Assembly: GCF_001194135.2 (NCBI RefSeq)
Contig: NC_068990.1
Coordinates: 58,897,458-58,961,457, forward strand
Reading direction: 5' to 3'
Source of the DNA: Octopus bimaculoides
Taxonomy: Eukaryota
Length of the DNA stretch: 64,000 nt
Part shown: positions 14,624 through 27,156 of the stretch, piece by piece
How the letters are laid out: every line of letters starts with the position of its first letter
Numbering within the stretch: position 1 is the stretch's first letter
Position numbers and translations under genes: made by a program
Notes under the pieces: generated by a model
What the model was told of the DNA's origin: nothing
What the model saw: only the letters and a program-made list of their open reading frames with translations
Database searches by the model: none

Positions 14624-15248
14624 CTCATAACTCCCAAAAGAATGGATATTTATTTAACGAAATTGTCAAACAAATATGCTTGAGATGATGTAGATTCTGA
14701 TAATATCAAACTACGTGATGAAAATTTTTTTCCGAGAGTTATGTGAGGAAAATTCACACGAGACGGTTTTCTTTCAGAAAAATGGGTAATCTTTTATGAA
14801 ATTTCCTATGCATACCTTTCAGAAAGTGTAGGTTACGATTATATCGGGATTTAATATGAAAAAAAAAACTGGTGGGCTCGTACACATACATACTGACATA
14901 TGTCACATACATCTACAAAATGAAACTTGAAATTTCGAGAAAAAATTGTGATGTGTGTCAGTATGTATGTGTGCGTGTGTGCTCACTATTTTTCTTGTCA
15001 CATCAAATTCTGATATAGTAGTAACTTACACATTCTGAAAAGTAATTGTAGAAAGTTTCATTAAAAAATTCTAATTTTTCTGAAAGTTATGAGGAAACAA
15101 AGCCAACTCATATGAATTTTCTAAAACTCAACTTTCCACCCGCAGAAAATTTTTTACAAAAGATTCCGATATGATCGGAATCTGCACTGCCAGAAACGTA
15201 TTTGTGGAAAAATCATGAAAAACTATCCAATTTTCTGGAAGTTATGAG
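14624..15248. repeat. Diverged foldback/MITE with internal subrepeats
   Basis: Outer arms ctcataact...gattc.gat.atatc; exact inner 17-mer 14882-14898/14956-14972. Confidence 0.7.
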
Positions 15249-15510
15249 AAACAAAAGAATTAGCTGATATGAAAACTATAATAAAACCGTTGTAACATGA
15301 GAAAATCCTAATAAAACCCATATATTTGTTCAAATGCTGATATACACGTTATGTGGCTATGTGGTAAGAAGTTTGTTTCCAAACTACATGGTTCCGGGTC
15401 CAGTCCCACTGTGTGACACTTTGGGCAAGAGTCATCTACTATAGCTTCAGGCCGACCAAAGCCTTGTGAGTGGATTTGGATTTGGGAGACGGAAACTGAA
15501 AGAAGCCTTC

Positions 15511-15576
<66 letters not shown>

Positions 15577-16281
15577 NNNNNNNNNNNNNNNNNNNNNNNN
15601 NNNNNNNNNNNNNNNNNNNNNNNNNNNNNNNNNNNNNNNNNNNNNNNNNNNNNNNNNNNNNNNNNNNNNNNNNNNNNNNNNNNNNNNNNNNNNNNNNNNN
15701 NNNNNNNNNNNNNNNNNNNNNNNNNNNNNNNNNNNNNNNNNNNNNNNNNNNNNNNNNNNNNNNNNNNNNNNNNNNNNNNNNNNNNNNNNNNNNNNNNNNN
15801 NNNNNNNNNNNNNNNNNNNNNNNNNNNNNNNNNNNNNNNNNNNNNNNNNNNNNNNNNNNNNNNNNNNNNNNNNNNNNNNNNNNNNNNNNNNNNNNNNNNN
15901 NNNNNNNNNNNNNNNNNNNNNNNNNNNNNNNNNNNNNNNNNNNNNNNNNNNNNNNNNNNNNNNNNNNNNNNNNNNNNNNNNNNNNNNNNNNNNNNNNNNN
16001 NNNNNNNNNNNNNNNNNNNNNNNNNNNNNNNNNNNNNNNNNNNNNNNNNNNNNNNNNNNNNNNNNNNNNNNNNNNNNNNNNNNNNNNNNNNNNNNNNNNN
16101 NNNNNNNNNNNNNNNNNNNNNNNNNNNNNNNNNNNNNNNNNNNNNNNNNNNNNNNNNNNNNNNNNNNNNTATGATGAAATGATGAATTTTTTACATTACG
16201 AAAATTTTTCGTTATTTTTTCATTTTGAGGTTTTTTCACGCTGACTACTTGATAAATTCTTATAAAGAATTTATCCTATAT

Positions 16282-16319
<38 letters not shown>

Positions 16320-16435
16320 AATCTCCCCCCCCCCCAAAAAAAAAACGAAGAACAAACGCAAGAAAAAACAACAACGTGAGTACGTGGTACATGCAAAGTA
16401 TTAGCAGACGCTCAGAGAAGGAAAGAAAGGTGGTT

Positions 16436-16467
16436 TTATGTTTCGAGCAAAGCTCTTCGTCAGAAAA
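16436..16467 (-). ncRNA. Minimal type I hammerhead ribozyme motif in a Penelope-like terminal repeat
   Basis: Minus strand tttt-CTGACGA-A-GAGC-ttt-GCTC-GAAAC-AT-A; core intact, stem III ACGT decayed to ACAT. Confidence 0.6.
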
Positions 16468-16948
16468 GGGAGACGGAGGAAAGTCCAAGAGAAAAGGAAG
16501 ACAGGAGAAAAAAATCGCCAACGATCCACATGTGGTTACATTTTGATATGTGGGAGTGGGGGTGCGTGCGTGTGTGCGTACGTGTGTGTGTGTATTATGT
16601 ATGTATATTTAGTATGTATAGTTGTTACAAAAAAATGTTAAACGCCAAGTCGAAATAAAAAAAACAAACAAGAGCTATAAGGTTGATATTCAGGAGAACT
16701 GGAAGAATTTTTTAACATTTCGAGCGTACGCCCTTCTACGAAAAGTATAGATGAGAAGAGAAAAATAGAGAGGAAAGAACAAATATGTGTCAATTATGGA
16801 TTTTTGTTAAATTTCCTACGACCTGTTAACGTTTTACGAATTTTTACCAGGTTATGTTCAAAAAATGGAGTTCTGATATAGTTTTGCATACTGAGGATAA
16901 AAATTAGAAGAAAAAAAATTCAAATGGTTAGAAAAAACTTAAGATCCA

Positions 16949-16974
16949 CATACATACATACATACATACATACA

Positions 16975-17004
<30 letters not shown>
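16949..17004. repeat. (CATA)14 microsatellite abutting the 5' junction of the RLE retrotransposon
   Basis: Direct reading. Confidence 0.97.
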
Positions 17005-17005
<1 letters not shown>

Positions 17006-19031
17006 TGCTTGCCTAAATATTATGTATAAACTGTACGCAATTGCCTCAACCAATTCCTCCAGGACCATTGTGAGTCGAACAACATTGTGACTGATGAACA
17101 GGCTGGTGGAAAGAAGGGAGTGTGGGGATGTGCCGAACAACTTTTAATAAACAAAGCCGTACTGTCTGAAGTAAGAAAACAACGCAGAAACCTTGTGACA
17201 TTATGGTTTGACTATAAGAAGGCATAATTGTTTCTAATAGTATCGGCATTTCAAAGGGAATATTCCAGGGAGATAGTCTTTTTGTATGTCTTTTCATTTT
17301 GGCACTGAATCCATTATTGTTCCTGCTGCAGGAAACAAATGGTTACATGCTAGGGTCTTCAACTGCTAGAAATATCAATGTAACTCATAATTTCTTTGTA
17401 GACGATTTATACTAAAAGTGTTAACAATGCCAAAAAGAAACTGGAATTAATAACATTTTCAGCTGATATAGGCATGGAATTTGGCCAAAAGAAATGTTCA
17501 TATTTGGTTATAGAACGAGGAAAGTCAGTACCCCAAACCCAAAATCTGTGCATCAACGGTCTCTCTACCTCCCCCATTCTACAGAAAGAATGTTACAAGA
17601 ACCTAGACATAGACGAAAATGTATCATATGAAGACACTGTGAATAAAGATAGAGTGACCCGAGAATATTACACCAGAATCAGGAAAATATAGCAGTCGGA
17701 ACTCTCCTCTTACAACAAAACAATATTCTACAATGCATTTGCAGTACCAGTGCTGATCCCAACATTTGGGATACTTGATTGGTCTGTAGAGGAAATCCAC
17801 ATAGGTATCAAAACACGCAAAATCCTGACAACAGGGAACTTCCACAGAAACAATGATGTTGACAGGCTCTACCTAAGAAATGAAAGTGGTAGAGGCCTGA
17901 GATCAGTGCAGATGGCCTTCGAATGTCGTATGATATCACTCAGGCAGCATCTGCTAAACAACAGCAGCAAAAATAAATATATTAATGCAGTGCTGAAAAG
18001 CGAAATGAGCAACATTGTACGAGTTGGCAGTGAGCTCCTCATGAAGCACTCTCTTCCTGATGATCTATACAGCCTCAAAACAGCTGGGCTCTCTTACCTC
18101 AGAGAAGACCTGGATGGAAAGCACTCGGCATAAAGAAAAAAAAACATGCATGGGTATGTTGCCAGGAAGCTTAAAGACAGTAGAATTGACACGAAGCGCA
18201 GCCTATTTTGGACACAAGACCACTACACCACATTACACTTTGAAGGCTATGCGTTTGCAATCCAGGAACAGGGGATTGCCACAAAGTACCTGGTGAACAA
18301 GAGAGACAGTGATGCTCTTGTAAACCCAAGATGCAACCACATGTGTAGGCTACGTCATGTTTCTGTGGAAGACATTACGCTTGTGATTATCGGCTGTCCT
18401 AAAATGTCGTCACGGTACTATCTCCCTATGCGGCACGATGTTGTTGCTAAAACAATTTACAATACCATCCTCAAGAAAGACTGTTCTGAAATAAATTTAG
18501 AAAATCGTTCTGCTTTGGAATACATTCCTAAACACCAACTCGAGGAATACTGGTGGAATATTTCCATCAAAACTTTTGTCAAATGTAAACATAACAGGCC
18601 GGATATTGTTGCTTGGGACAGAGGGGCAAAGGTATGTACCATCATAGAGGTTAGCTGCCCTGTAGATATAAATATCTCTTTGAAAAATCAAAAAGGGTAT
18701 CTACGAACAACTGCTTCGAAATCTCGCAGCTTCTATATTCAGATTATGAATTCATATTCATGCCAATAACCGGAACACTAAGTTTTGTTAGTAAAAGCTT
18801 AAAAGAGAATCTTGGTAAAGTGGGATTTTCAGAAAGAGAAACTGACCGGCTGATTCGTGCATTACAAGTGCAATCTGTGAGTGGAACAGTAAAAATATGC
18901 AAGACTTTTCTCAAGTTCCAAATGTGAATTTGTCTGTGTTAACTACATCCCGAAGATGAAGCTTTGTTTCTTTGTTGGAAACCGGCTCCCTCCTCAGTGG
19001 AAGATTTCTAATAATTAAAAAATAGAAGAGA
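17005..19031 (+). mobile_element. 5'-truncated, decayed non-LTR retrotransposon with RT plus restriction-like endonuclease (R4/Dong-NeSL type)
   Basis: ACLNIMYKLY, EQAGGKKGVWGCAEQLLINK, WFDYKKA, KGIFQGDSL (17254-17280), THNFFVDD (FVDD 17395-17406), degenerate CCHC knuckle, RHD, KHNRPDIV...IEVSCP (PD-(D/E)xK type); frame ends ...KTFLKFQM* at 18927; many stops and frameshifts. Confidence 0.9.
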
Positions 19032-19589
19032 CATACATACATACATATTATTTAATAACCATTTGTTTCTGCCTCATGCAACCAAAAGTTTCATAGGCTC
19101 GTCACATGAAACTAGCTATGGTTTTCCTGTCATTTTCTGCATAATTATAATTATAGGTCGGCATAATCAATTTACAAATGCTGTCATGCAGTTAACAACT
19201 GCCTGTCTATGTTTATTTTATTAAACTTTCATTAGCTTGATCATAACATTTCCTGTAGCCAATCCTTGTTTGTTTGCATTCCATCTCGAATCATTTGATG
19301 TTGGATTGGTGGAACTTCTTATATTTACTCCCTATAAATTATGGTGGACATTCAATAGGAAGTATTGAAGCACTTATATATGACAGAAAGGTAGCTTGTC
19401 TATCAACATTTTAATTTTCTTTCAAAATATTCTGTTACTTTCTGTTCGTGTTTTTCCAACAATATTTGAGCAAACATTTAGGCATGTATAAATATGAGTT
19501 TATCTAGTTATGGGAAAAGAGCGACTAGGATGCAGTTTAACATGTGTAGTAACAGTCAAATAAACAGCAGTATTCAGTCAGGTCGGAAA

Positions 19590-19810
19590 TAATCCTTTCT
19601 ACTATAGGCACAAGGCATGAAATTGGGGCCGGAGGGTGGGGTAGGTGATTACATCGACCCCAGTATGTAAGTGGCACTTATTTCACTGACCCCGAAAGGA
19701 TGAAAGGCAAAGTCGGCCTGTGCGGAATTTGAACTCAGAACGCAGCGACGGGCGAAATACAGGTAAGCATTTCGTCCAACGTGCTAACGATTCTGCCAGC
19801 TCGCCACCTT
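19590..19810 (-). mobile_element. SINE family B representative (head gagctggcagaatcgttagcac; core gttctgagttcaaattcc...ggggtcgatgtaatc); further copies near 1100, 1620-2085, 2290, 4716, 33765, 35300, 40272, 51628, 53798
   Basis: tRNA-like A/B boxes; repeated colinear matches. Confidence 0.85.
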
Positions 19811-20332
19811 AATCAGCTCAGCTCAGAAATAATGATACAGATCTAAGGACCAGCTACTGCAGCGAAGAGGATTCGAACCCAAATCCACATTTTTATTAAT
19901 TGTCAAACAAATTTCGGGTCTTTTATTTTCTCCTCTCTGCACTTAGAAATTAATGAGGATGAGTTGACATCTGAGACTTTCTCCAGTCATGGAGGAGTTA
20001 GATAAGTCTAGAGAAACCTTAACCTACTATAATCGCCAAACTTGATAAATACCAAGAGAAATGTCAAGTCTATCTCTTTGGTACAGGCAACGCCAAACAA
20101 TTGACATAGGCCGATTTCTGGTCAGAGTGACGCGCGAGAATAGAATAATCACTCTCTCCATTTTTAAAGGCACTTTCACTCAGTCTCGTTCACTAGCAAT
20201 ACAGTGATGGAGCTAGCTCCCACACAGAATGATCACACAGAAAACACCATACTGCACTTACAAACAATGTGCACTCGGGACGACGTCGTTTATTTCATAT
20301 TGTAACTACATTGTAATCAACTAAATAAATGG

Positions 20333-20568
20333 TCATCTTCATAAGCAATTAATTGTTCTTCAGTCATTCATTTCTCCGCTGCAGCTTCATCATCATTCAA
20401 ACATCATCGTTACACATATACAGTGCCATATTTACTATTGTGCTTAAGCACACCTAAGCACAATAGTAAATCTGGCACTGTATATGTGTAACGATGATGT
20501 TTGAATGATGATGAAGCTGCAGCGGAGAAATGAATGACTGAAGAACAATTAATTGCTTATGAAGATGA
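20333..20568. repeat. Near-perfect inverted repeat, 114-bp arms, 8-nt spacer
   Basis: 20333-20446 vs 20455-20568: 113/114 identical (single mismatch 20429/20472). Confidence 0.97.
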
Positions 20569-20984
20569 ACTGTTACTGAATATCTCTCTTGTTTCCTAGT
20601 GCTAGCCACAATATGTTGGCAAAAAGCCTTTACTTTATAAGCTTTTACTTTACATATATAAAGTAAAGGCGCAGGAGTGGCTGTTGGTGTGTTTACGTCC
20701 CTGTAACTTAACGGTTCCGCAAAGGAGATCGATAGAATAAGTACTAGGCTTAAAAAAGACAAATAAGTCATGATGTCAATTTGTCCGACTAAAACCTTTC
20801 AAGGCTGTGCTCCAGCATGACCACAGTCAGCTGACCGAAACAAATAAAAGAATATATATATATATATATGAAAGAACTTTTCCCCTACCACCTCCTCTTC
20901 CGGTCTTTTCACAATGTAACCTCGTGGGCATCGGTACCATTTTCCTCTTTCTCCGTTCTTCCATTCTCCGAACTTTCCATCTTT

Positions 20985-21011
20985 CCGACGAAGGGCTACG
21001 CCCGAAACGTC
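20985..21011 (+). ncRNA. Minimal type I hammerhead-like motif (U4C)
   Basis: CCGACGA-A-GGGC-tac-GCCC-GAAAC-GT-C; the flanking about 250 bp is homologous to 16330-16560. Confidence 0.5.
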
Positions 21012-22299
21012 ATACACTCTCTCTTTCCTTTCCTGAGCGTCCAATTACACTATCCGTATCACGTCCTCACTTTGTTGTTTTTTTGTTATTGTTTTTTGGA
21101 ACTTATNNNNNNNNNNNNNNNNNNNNNNNNNNNNNNNNNNNNNNNNNNNNNNNNNNNNNNNNNNNNNNNNNNNNNNNNNNNNNNNNNNNNNNNNNNNNNN
21201 NNNNNNNNNNNNNNNNNNNNNNNNNTCATAATGAGGGACACAATAAAAACACTCAAGTAAAGAATTTTTGTTACTCGAAACATTTTTTTGTGCTCGTGGT
21301 TCGATTCGGATTTCTTGGGGTTAGTTGTCCAGGTTATAAAAGTTCTGCTTTTTTTTCTTATTTGTTTCGGGATAATGTTGAAAAGAGCAGATCCGTATGT
21401 GAGAAAAAATTATGTGCCACGATTTATTTAAGTGCTGTGAGTTAGATTATAACAGAGGTTCTTAGAGAGTGCGGGATCCCAGCTATAATGAATTTTAAAC
21501 TTGGTGCTAAGATCAGCTAGACAGCGCTTGTGGCTCTCCATAAAGTCACTAATTCTTCTTCTCAGCACCCTCCCATATATCTTTATGGATATGAAAGGTG
21601 GGTGAGATCAGTTGGTAGTTTCGTACGAGCAGCTTAATTCCGTTTTCGAAAACTGAGATGACAAACTGCATGAAAAAAGTTTTCAATTATATTAGCATCC
21701 GTCTCGCAAATTTCTTCAGAAATTAGCAAGAAGAGGTGTAATTTGATGTCAGTACTCCTTCAAGGTACAAACAAGCTACTGCCGAGAAAGTAAAACTAAA
21801 TTTTAACGATGTAAAATTAACAGCATAAGTGAAATTTAATGGCGTTGAGCTGAACTCGAAACTACCTCGCAGGTTCGGATCACCAGTATCTTTTCTCTTC
21901 TTCTTTAATGCTGTGGGGTTTTAGTGATCATAAGATTCAATTTGATGCCCACTGTGCAAATGGATTATCTTAATAGTACTTAACTAGCGAATCTCGGAGT
22001 TATAGTATTACACTAATACTAATATATTATTAACTAAATATATAAAATCACGTGATGCGATTGAAAATACGTTTAATAATCTTGCGGTTCTTTTGTATTT
22101 AGTTTAAAAGCATAATAGTCCAATACATTGTTAGTATAACGATTGGTTAGAATATCAAAATACTTTTGACAAACGGTGTATCATGTATAGTTGTTACATT
22201 ACTGAAACTTTATGCATAAAGCCAGAAAATTTATTGTAATTTGGGTTTCCATTTTCATAGATTTAAGATTATCAAACTTATAAATGGAAATCCGATTTG

Positions 22300-22700
22300 G
22301 TTGAGCAAATCATTTGGGGGCAAGTTTTCATTACAATTGACAAACGATCAAGTCACTCGAAATCAGGGAATTCCAAGTGAGGGAATAATTTGAAGCCTCT
22401 TGTGGGCCTCTGATTGAACCAATCAAAGTCTTCTTCGGTAGCTTTCTGTTCGATAACAACCAATAAGAATCCACTTTAACTGGAGCAGTTTCAAGAAAGG
22501 CTAATTAGATTTTCAGCTATGATAATAAGTTCATCTTTAACCATTGAACAAGTTACGTTCTACTGCGGCTACTGCCAAGGGGAAAGAATGCTGAATGACT
22601 TATTAAAACTAATATTATGTTCCCCGAAGTTCTATTGACGTGAAACCAACATTACTTAGAAATCGGGAAAATTATAATATTATTCAAGTTTAAATATTCA
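22300..22700 (-). mobile_element. Possible hAT transposase C-terminal relic
   Basis: Frameshifted SILSP/LAVAAVER/SMVKDEL resembling the hAT dimerisation motif; highly decayed. Confidence 0.3.
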
Positions 22701-24133
22701 TCTGTTTTATATTAAAATATTTTTATATTTACATTTAAAATAAATGTAAACTATATGCTGAGCAAAAGTCGTGTAAGGATTGCACTAAAAATAAAACAAC
22801 CACAGGAGACCATTTCTCTGATATCTTTTTGTTATTCTTGCTACATTTCGTCCTCTTCGCGTTTTAAGATAGTATCGTAGTTTTAGCTACGGATTGGAAT
22901 CCTAAAATCTTCATATCCACCTTGTTCAAGGTTCACAAAAATTTATTTTATTTTGTGTGTACAGCTGCATAATTAAACCTTAACATACATTGTGCCTGTA
23001 TTCAGTGTGTGTATGTAAAACAAATAAAATTGAATACATAAAAAGAAATCCACCCGAGAGAAAGGAAATACAAGAAAATATTTGTTGCTCGGTGTTGCTG
23101 TTGAAACAAGTTCAAATTTCACCGCTGTCAACCTTTCCTTTCGTCCCACCGAAATCAATAAATGAAATACCAGGGAAATACAGCGGCCGATGATATCAAC
23201 TCACACTCTCCCTACAAAACTATTGGGTTCTGTACCTAAATTAGAAACAAACTAAGGAAAAAGTTAAAAAATAAACTGCTCCATTAATAAAAAGAAGAAG
23301 AAAAAAACTCCGAGACTTTGTTTATACAAAATGGTAGAAATTCTCGTGATTTTGAAAAGTGAAAATCTCTTTTACTTGTTTCAGTCATGTGACTGCGGCT
23401 ATGCTGGAGCACCACCTTTAGTCGAGCAATTCGACCCCAGGAATTATTATTTGTAAGCCTAGTACTTCTTCTATCGTTCTATTTGGCCGAACCGCTAAGT
23501 GACGTGGACGGGCTTCTTTCAGTTTCCATCTACCAAATCCACTCACTTGCCAAAGGTGCCACGCAGTGGAACTGAACCTGGAACCATGTGGTTGGGAAGC
23601 AAGCTTCTTACCACCTAGACCATTCTTTCACTATGGACCGCTTTGATTCCTTTTTACTCTGCTGGACCCCCATAGCCATTCAGAATCTAATAAAAAATCC
23701 TATTATATTTTTGTAATTAAATATCATTAGGAACTGTATAAAAAGAAATGTTAATATTTTGTGTATTGTAGAAGTATAAGCAATTTATTGCGCATAAATT
23801 TCAACAACAAAATCTTATTTGGACCCCCAGGGATCATGTGGACCCCAGTTGAGAACCACACCAGTAAATCAAATAGGAAATTTTTAATGATCTGTAAACA
23901 ACTTCCTTGCCGACTGCGCGAGAAGTTTGAACACATTTTGAGCTATTAATAAAAAGGAAAAAATGTCTTTTGAATTAGATCATAAGTTCTTAAAGTGTGC
24001 GCTACCCCCCCCCCCCNNNNNNNNNNNNNGGTGGGCGTTGAGACGGTCCAGGTGGACGCTGGTGCTTAAGGGGGCATAGAAAACAGTGGATTGGGGGACG
24101 CTATGAATTTATTATAATATTATTATATATATG

Positions 24134-24174
<41 letters not shown>

Positions 24175-26239
24175 TTCTGTGTTTGTCCTCCTAGCATTGC
24201 TTGACAACCGATGCTGGTGTGTTTATGTCCCCGTCAATTAGCGGTTCGGCAAAAAGAGACCGATAGAATAAGTACTAGGCTTACAAAGAATAAGTCCCGG
24301 GGTCGATTTGCTCGACTAAAGGCGGTGCTCCAGCATGGCCGCAGTCAAATGACTGAAACAAGTAAATGAGTAAAAGAGTATTGTATACAAATTATGTATT
24401 ATATTAAATATCAAATGATTCATAGTATATATAAATTAGAAAAATATAAAACATGTATTTATACATAAAAATAGGGGTGGGGTGCTGAGGGTATTACGTG
24501 GCCATGAGGGGCGTTGGCCCAAAAAGTTTGAGAACCTCTGAATTAGACAAAATTAGTCAGAAAAATGTCTATTTAATCAGGGTATTAGATAAATGTTCAC
24601 CAATTGTTGCCCGTTTCGTAGTTGTTCAATCAGTAATTGGCGGTTTAATGAGCACACAAAAATAATAATAAATAGCTAAATAGTTAATCGTAGATGTGGC
24701 TGTTTAAGGTTTTGAGATAAAAGATCACAAATTACAGAAAAATGATAACCAAGAGTCTCTACAACAGTCGTTGGCATTCAATGACTCCTCGTCAGATCCA
24801 GATCTCCCGGTAAATTATCGAGCATACAAAGTCTTCAATCAAAATTATAGTGTCATCCGACACGCCGTGTCTATAAAAGATGCTGATTAATTTTCAGTGC
24901 TATGTTTTGAACCTAATAATTGCAATAATTAAAACATTACACTCCATAACCTAAATGCACTTGCTATTACCATTATTTTTATACTCTTATAATGCTTGCA
25001 TAATTTACCGTTATTTTCAACCAATATTTAAACATCCTGTATGGTGCAAGATCACCCAGAACGATTTAGGTTTTATGTGGCAGACCTATTCCAGGAACGA
25101 CAGTTATTCTAAGAAAATTGTCGATTCAGACGTTGTTAAATAATTAAAAGTAAGTGACATATATATGCTAGTTAAAAAGATAAATTTCGAAAATTATACT
25201 CTTAAAGGGCAAAAAACATGAAGAAAATCTTGACAAACATTTTCAAGTTTATATTTGAAAACAATGTTTTTTTTAATGTGTAAGGTTCGAGAATCTGTTA
25301 GAATTAATTATGTCGTTAACGTGTAACTACACATCATTTGTTGTTGTTGGCACTCCGTCGCTTACGACAACGAGGGTTCCAGTTGATCCAATCAACGGAA
25401 CAGCCTGCTCGTGAAATTAACGTGCAAGTGGTTGAGCACTCCACAGACACATGTACCCTTAACGTAGTTCTCGGGGAGATTCAGCATGACACAGAGTGTG
25501 ACAAGGCTGGCCCTTTGAATTACAGGCACAACAGAAACAGAAGGAAAGAGTGAGAGAAAGAGTACAGCAGGGTTCGCCACCATCCCCTGCCGGAGCCTCG
25601 TGGAGCTTTAGGTGTTTTCGCTCAATAAACACTCACAACGCCTGGTCTGGGAATCGAAACCGCGATTCTATGACCGCGAGTCCGCNNNNNNNNNNNNNNN
25701 NNNNNNNNNNNNNNNNNNNNNNNNNNNNNNNNNNNNNNNNNNNNNNNNNNNNNNNNNNNNNNNNNNNNNNNNNNNNNNNNNNNNNNNNNNNNNNNNNNNN
25801 NNNNNNNNNNNNNNNNNNNNNNNNNNNNNNNNNNNNNNNNNNNNNNNNNNNNNNNNNNNNNNNNNNNNNNNNNNNNNNNNNNNNNNNNNNNNNNNNNNNN
25901 NNNNNNNNNNNNNNNNNNNNNNNNNNNNNNNNNNNNNNNNNNNNNNNNNNNNNNNNNNNNNNNNNNNNNNNNNNNNNNNNNNNNNNNNNNNNNNNNNNNN
26001 NNNNNNNNNNNNNNNNNNNNNNNNNNNNNNNTTTCATCTTTTCGGGATGGATAAAATATATACTAGTTGAGCACTGACGTCGACTTACCCCCATGCTCCA
26101 CGCCTCCAAAACTGCTGACCTTGTTCCAACATTTGAAAGCAATATTCTGTAACATCAGAGAACATTATAGAATAGTCTCTATAGTTTGACAAAGGTTTCG
26201 TCAAAACAGGTTTGATGGACGATGTTAACACTGTTTTTA

Positions 26240-26656
26240 TTCTTTTACTTGTATCAGTCATTTGACTGCGACCATGCTGGAGCACCACCTTGAAAGGTTT
26301 TAGTCAAACAAATCGACCCCAGGACTTTTTTCTTTTTTTTAAGTCTAATACTTATTATATCGGTCACTTTTGCCGAACCGCTACGTTACGAGGACGTAAA
26401 CACACCAACACCGGCTGTCAAGCGGTGATGGGGAACAACACAGACACAAAGACGCATACACAGATATATCCATGCATATATATATATATATACACACGAC
26501 GGGTTTCTTTCAGTTTCCGTCTACCAAATCCATTCACAAGGCTTTGGTCGGCCCGAAGCTATAGGAGAAGACTACAGGGTGTCACGCAGTGAGACTGAAC
26601 CCAAAACTATGTGGTTCAGAAATAAGCTTCTTACCCGACAACCACGCCTATGTCTA
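26240..26656 (-). mobile_element. SINE family A copy
   Basis: Reverse-complement match to family A. Confidence 0.85.
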
Positions 26657-27156
26657 TCCTGAGTTTGGCTGGCTTTCGAAATAGCTGTCCCACATAAGTT
26701 GTAATTACTTTGTTTTGGCAGAGATGCCCCTCCCTCATACTTCTGTGTTTTTTATCACACATTTTAAATCAGTGGGAAAGCCTTTCGTTTAACCCATAAA
26801 GCGCTAGGATTTGCATGAAAATGAGACTACCATGCACACAGAGAAAACAAAAAAATAGTTAAAATATCTTCTTAATATATAATGGTGATAAGCTTTACAT
26901 CATCTGAAAAGTCATTAGTTGAACTGTTAGTCCCCTTGCAATTGGGGGTATCGGGGCGTTTGAGTGACATTAGACCCCCAACAAACGCCTATAAATTAAG
27001 TGCACTTGTCTGGGCCATAATCGTGGCCCGTCGCGCTTTATGTGTTAAGAAAAAATGTCTTCGTGCTTTAAGAATTTCAACCACCTATTTATTGATTTTT
27101 TTTTCTTTTCTGTTATTTTCGTCATTTTATTGTATTCCATATTCAAACACTTGTAA

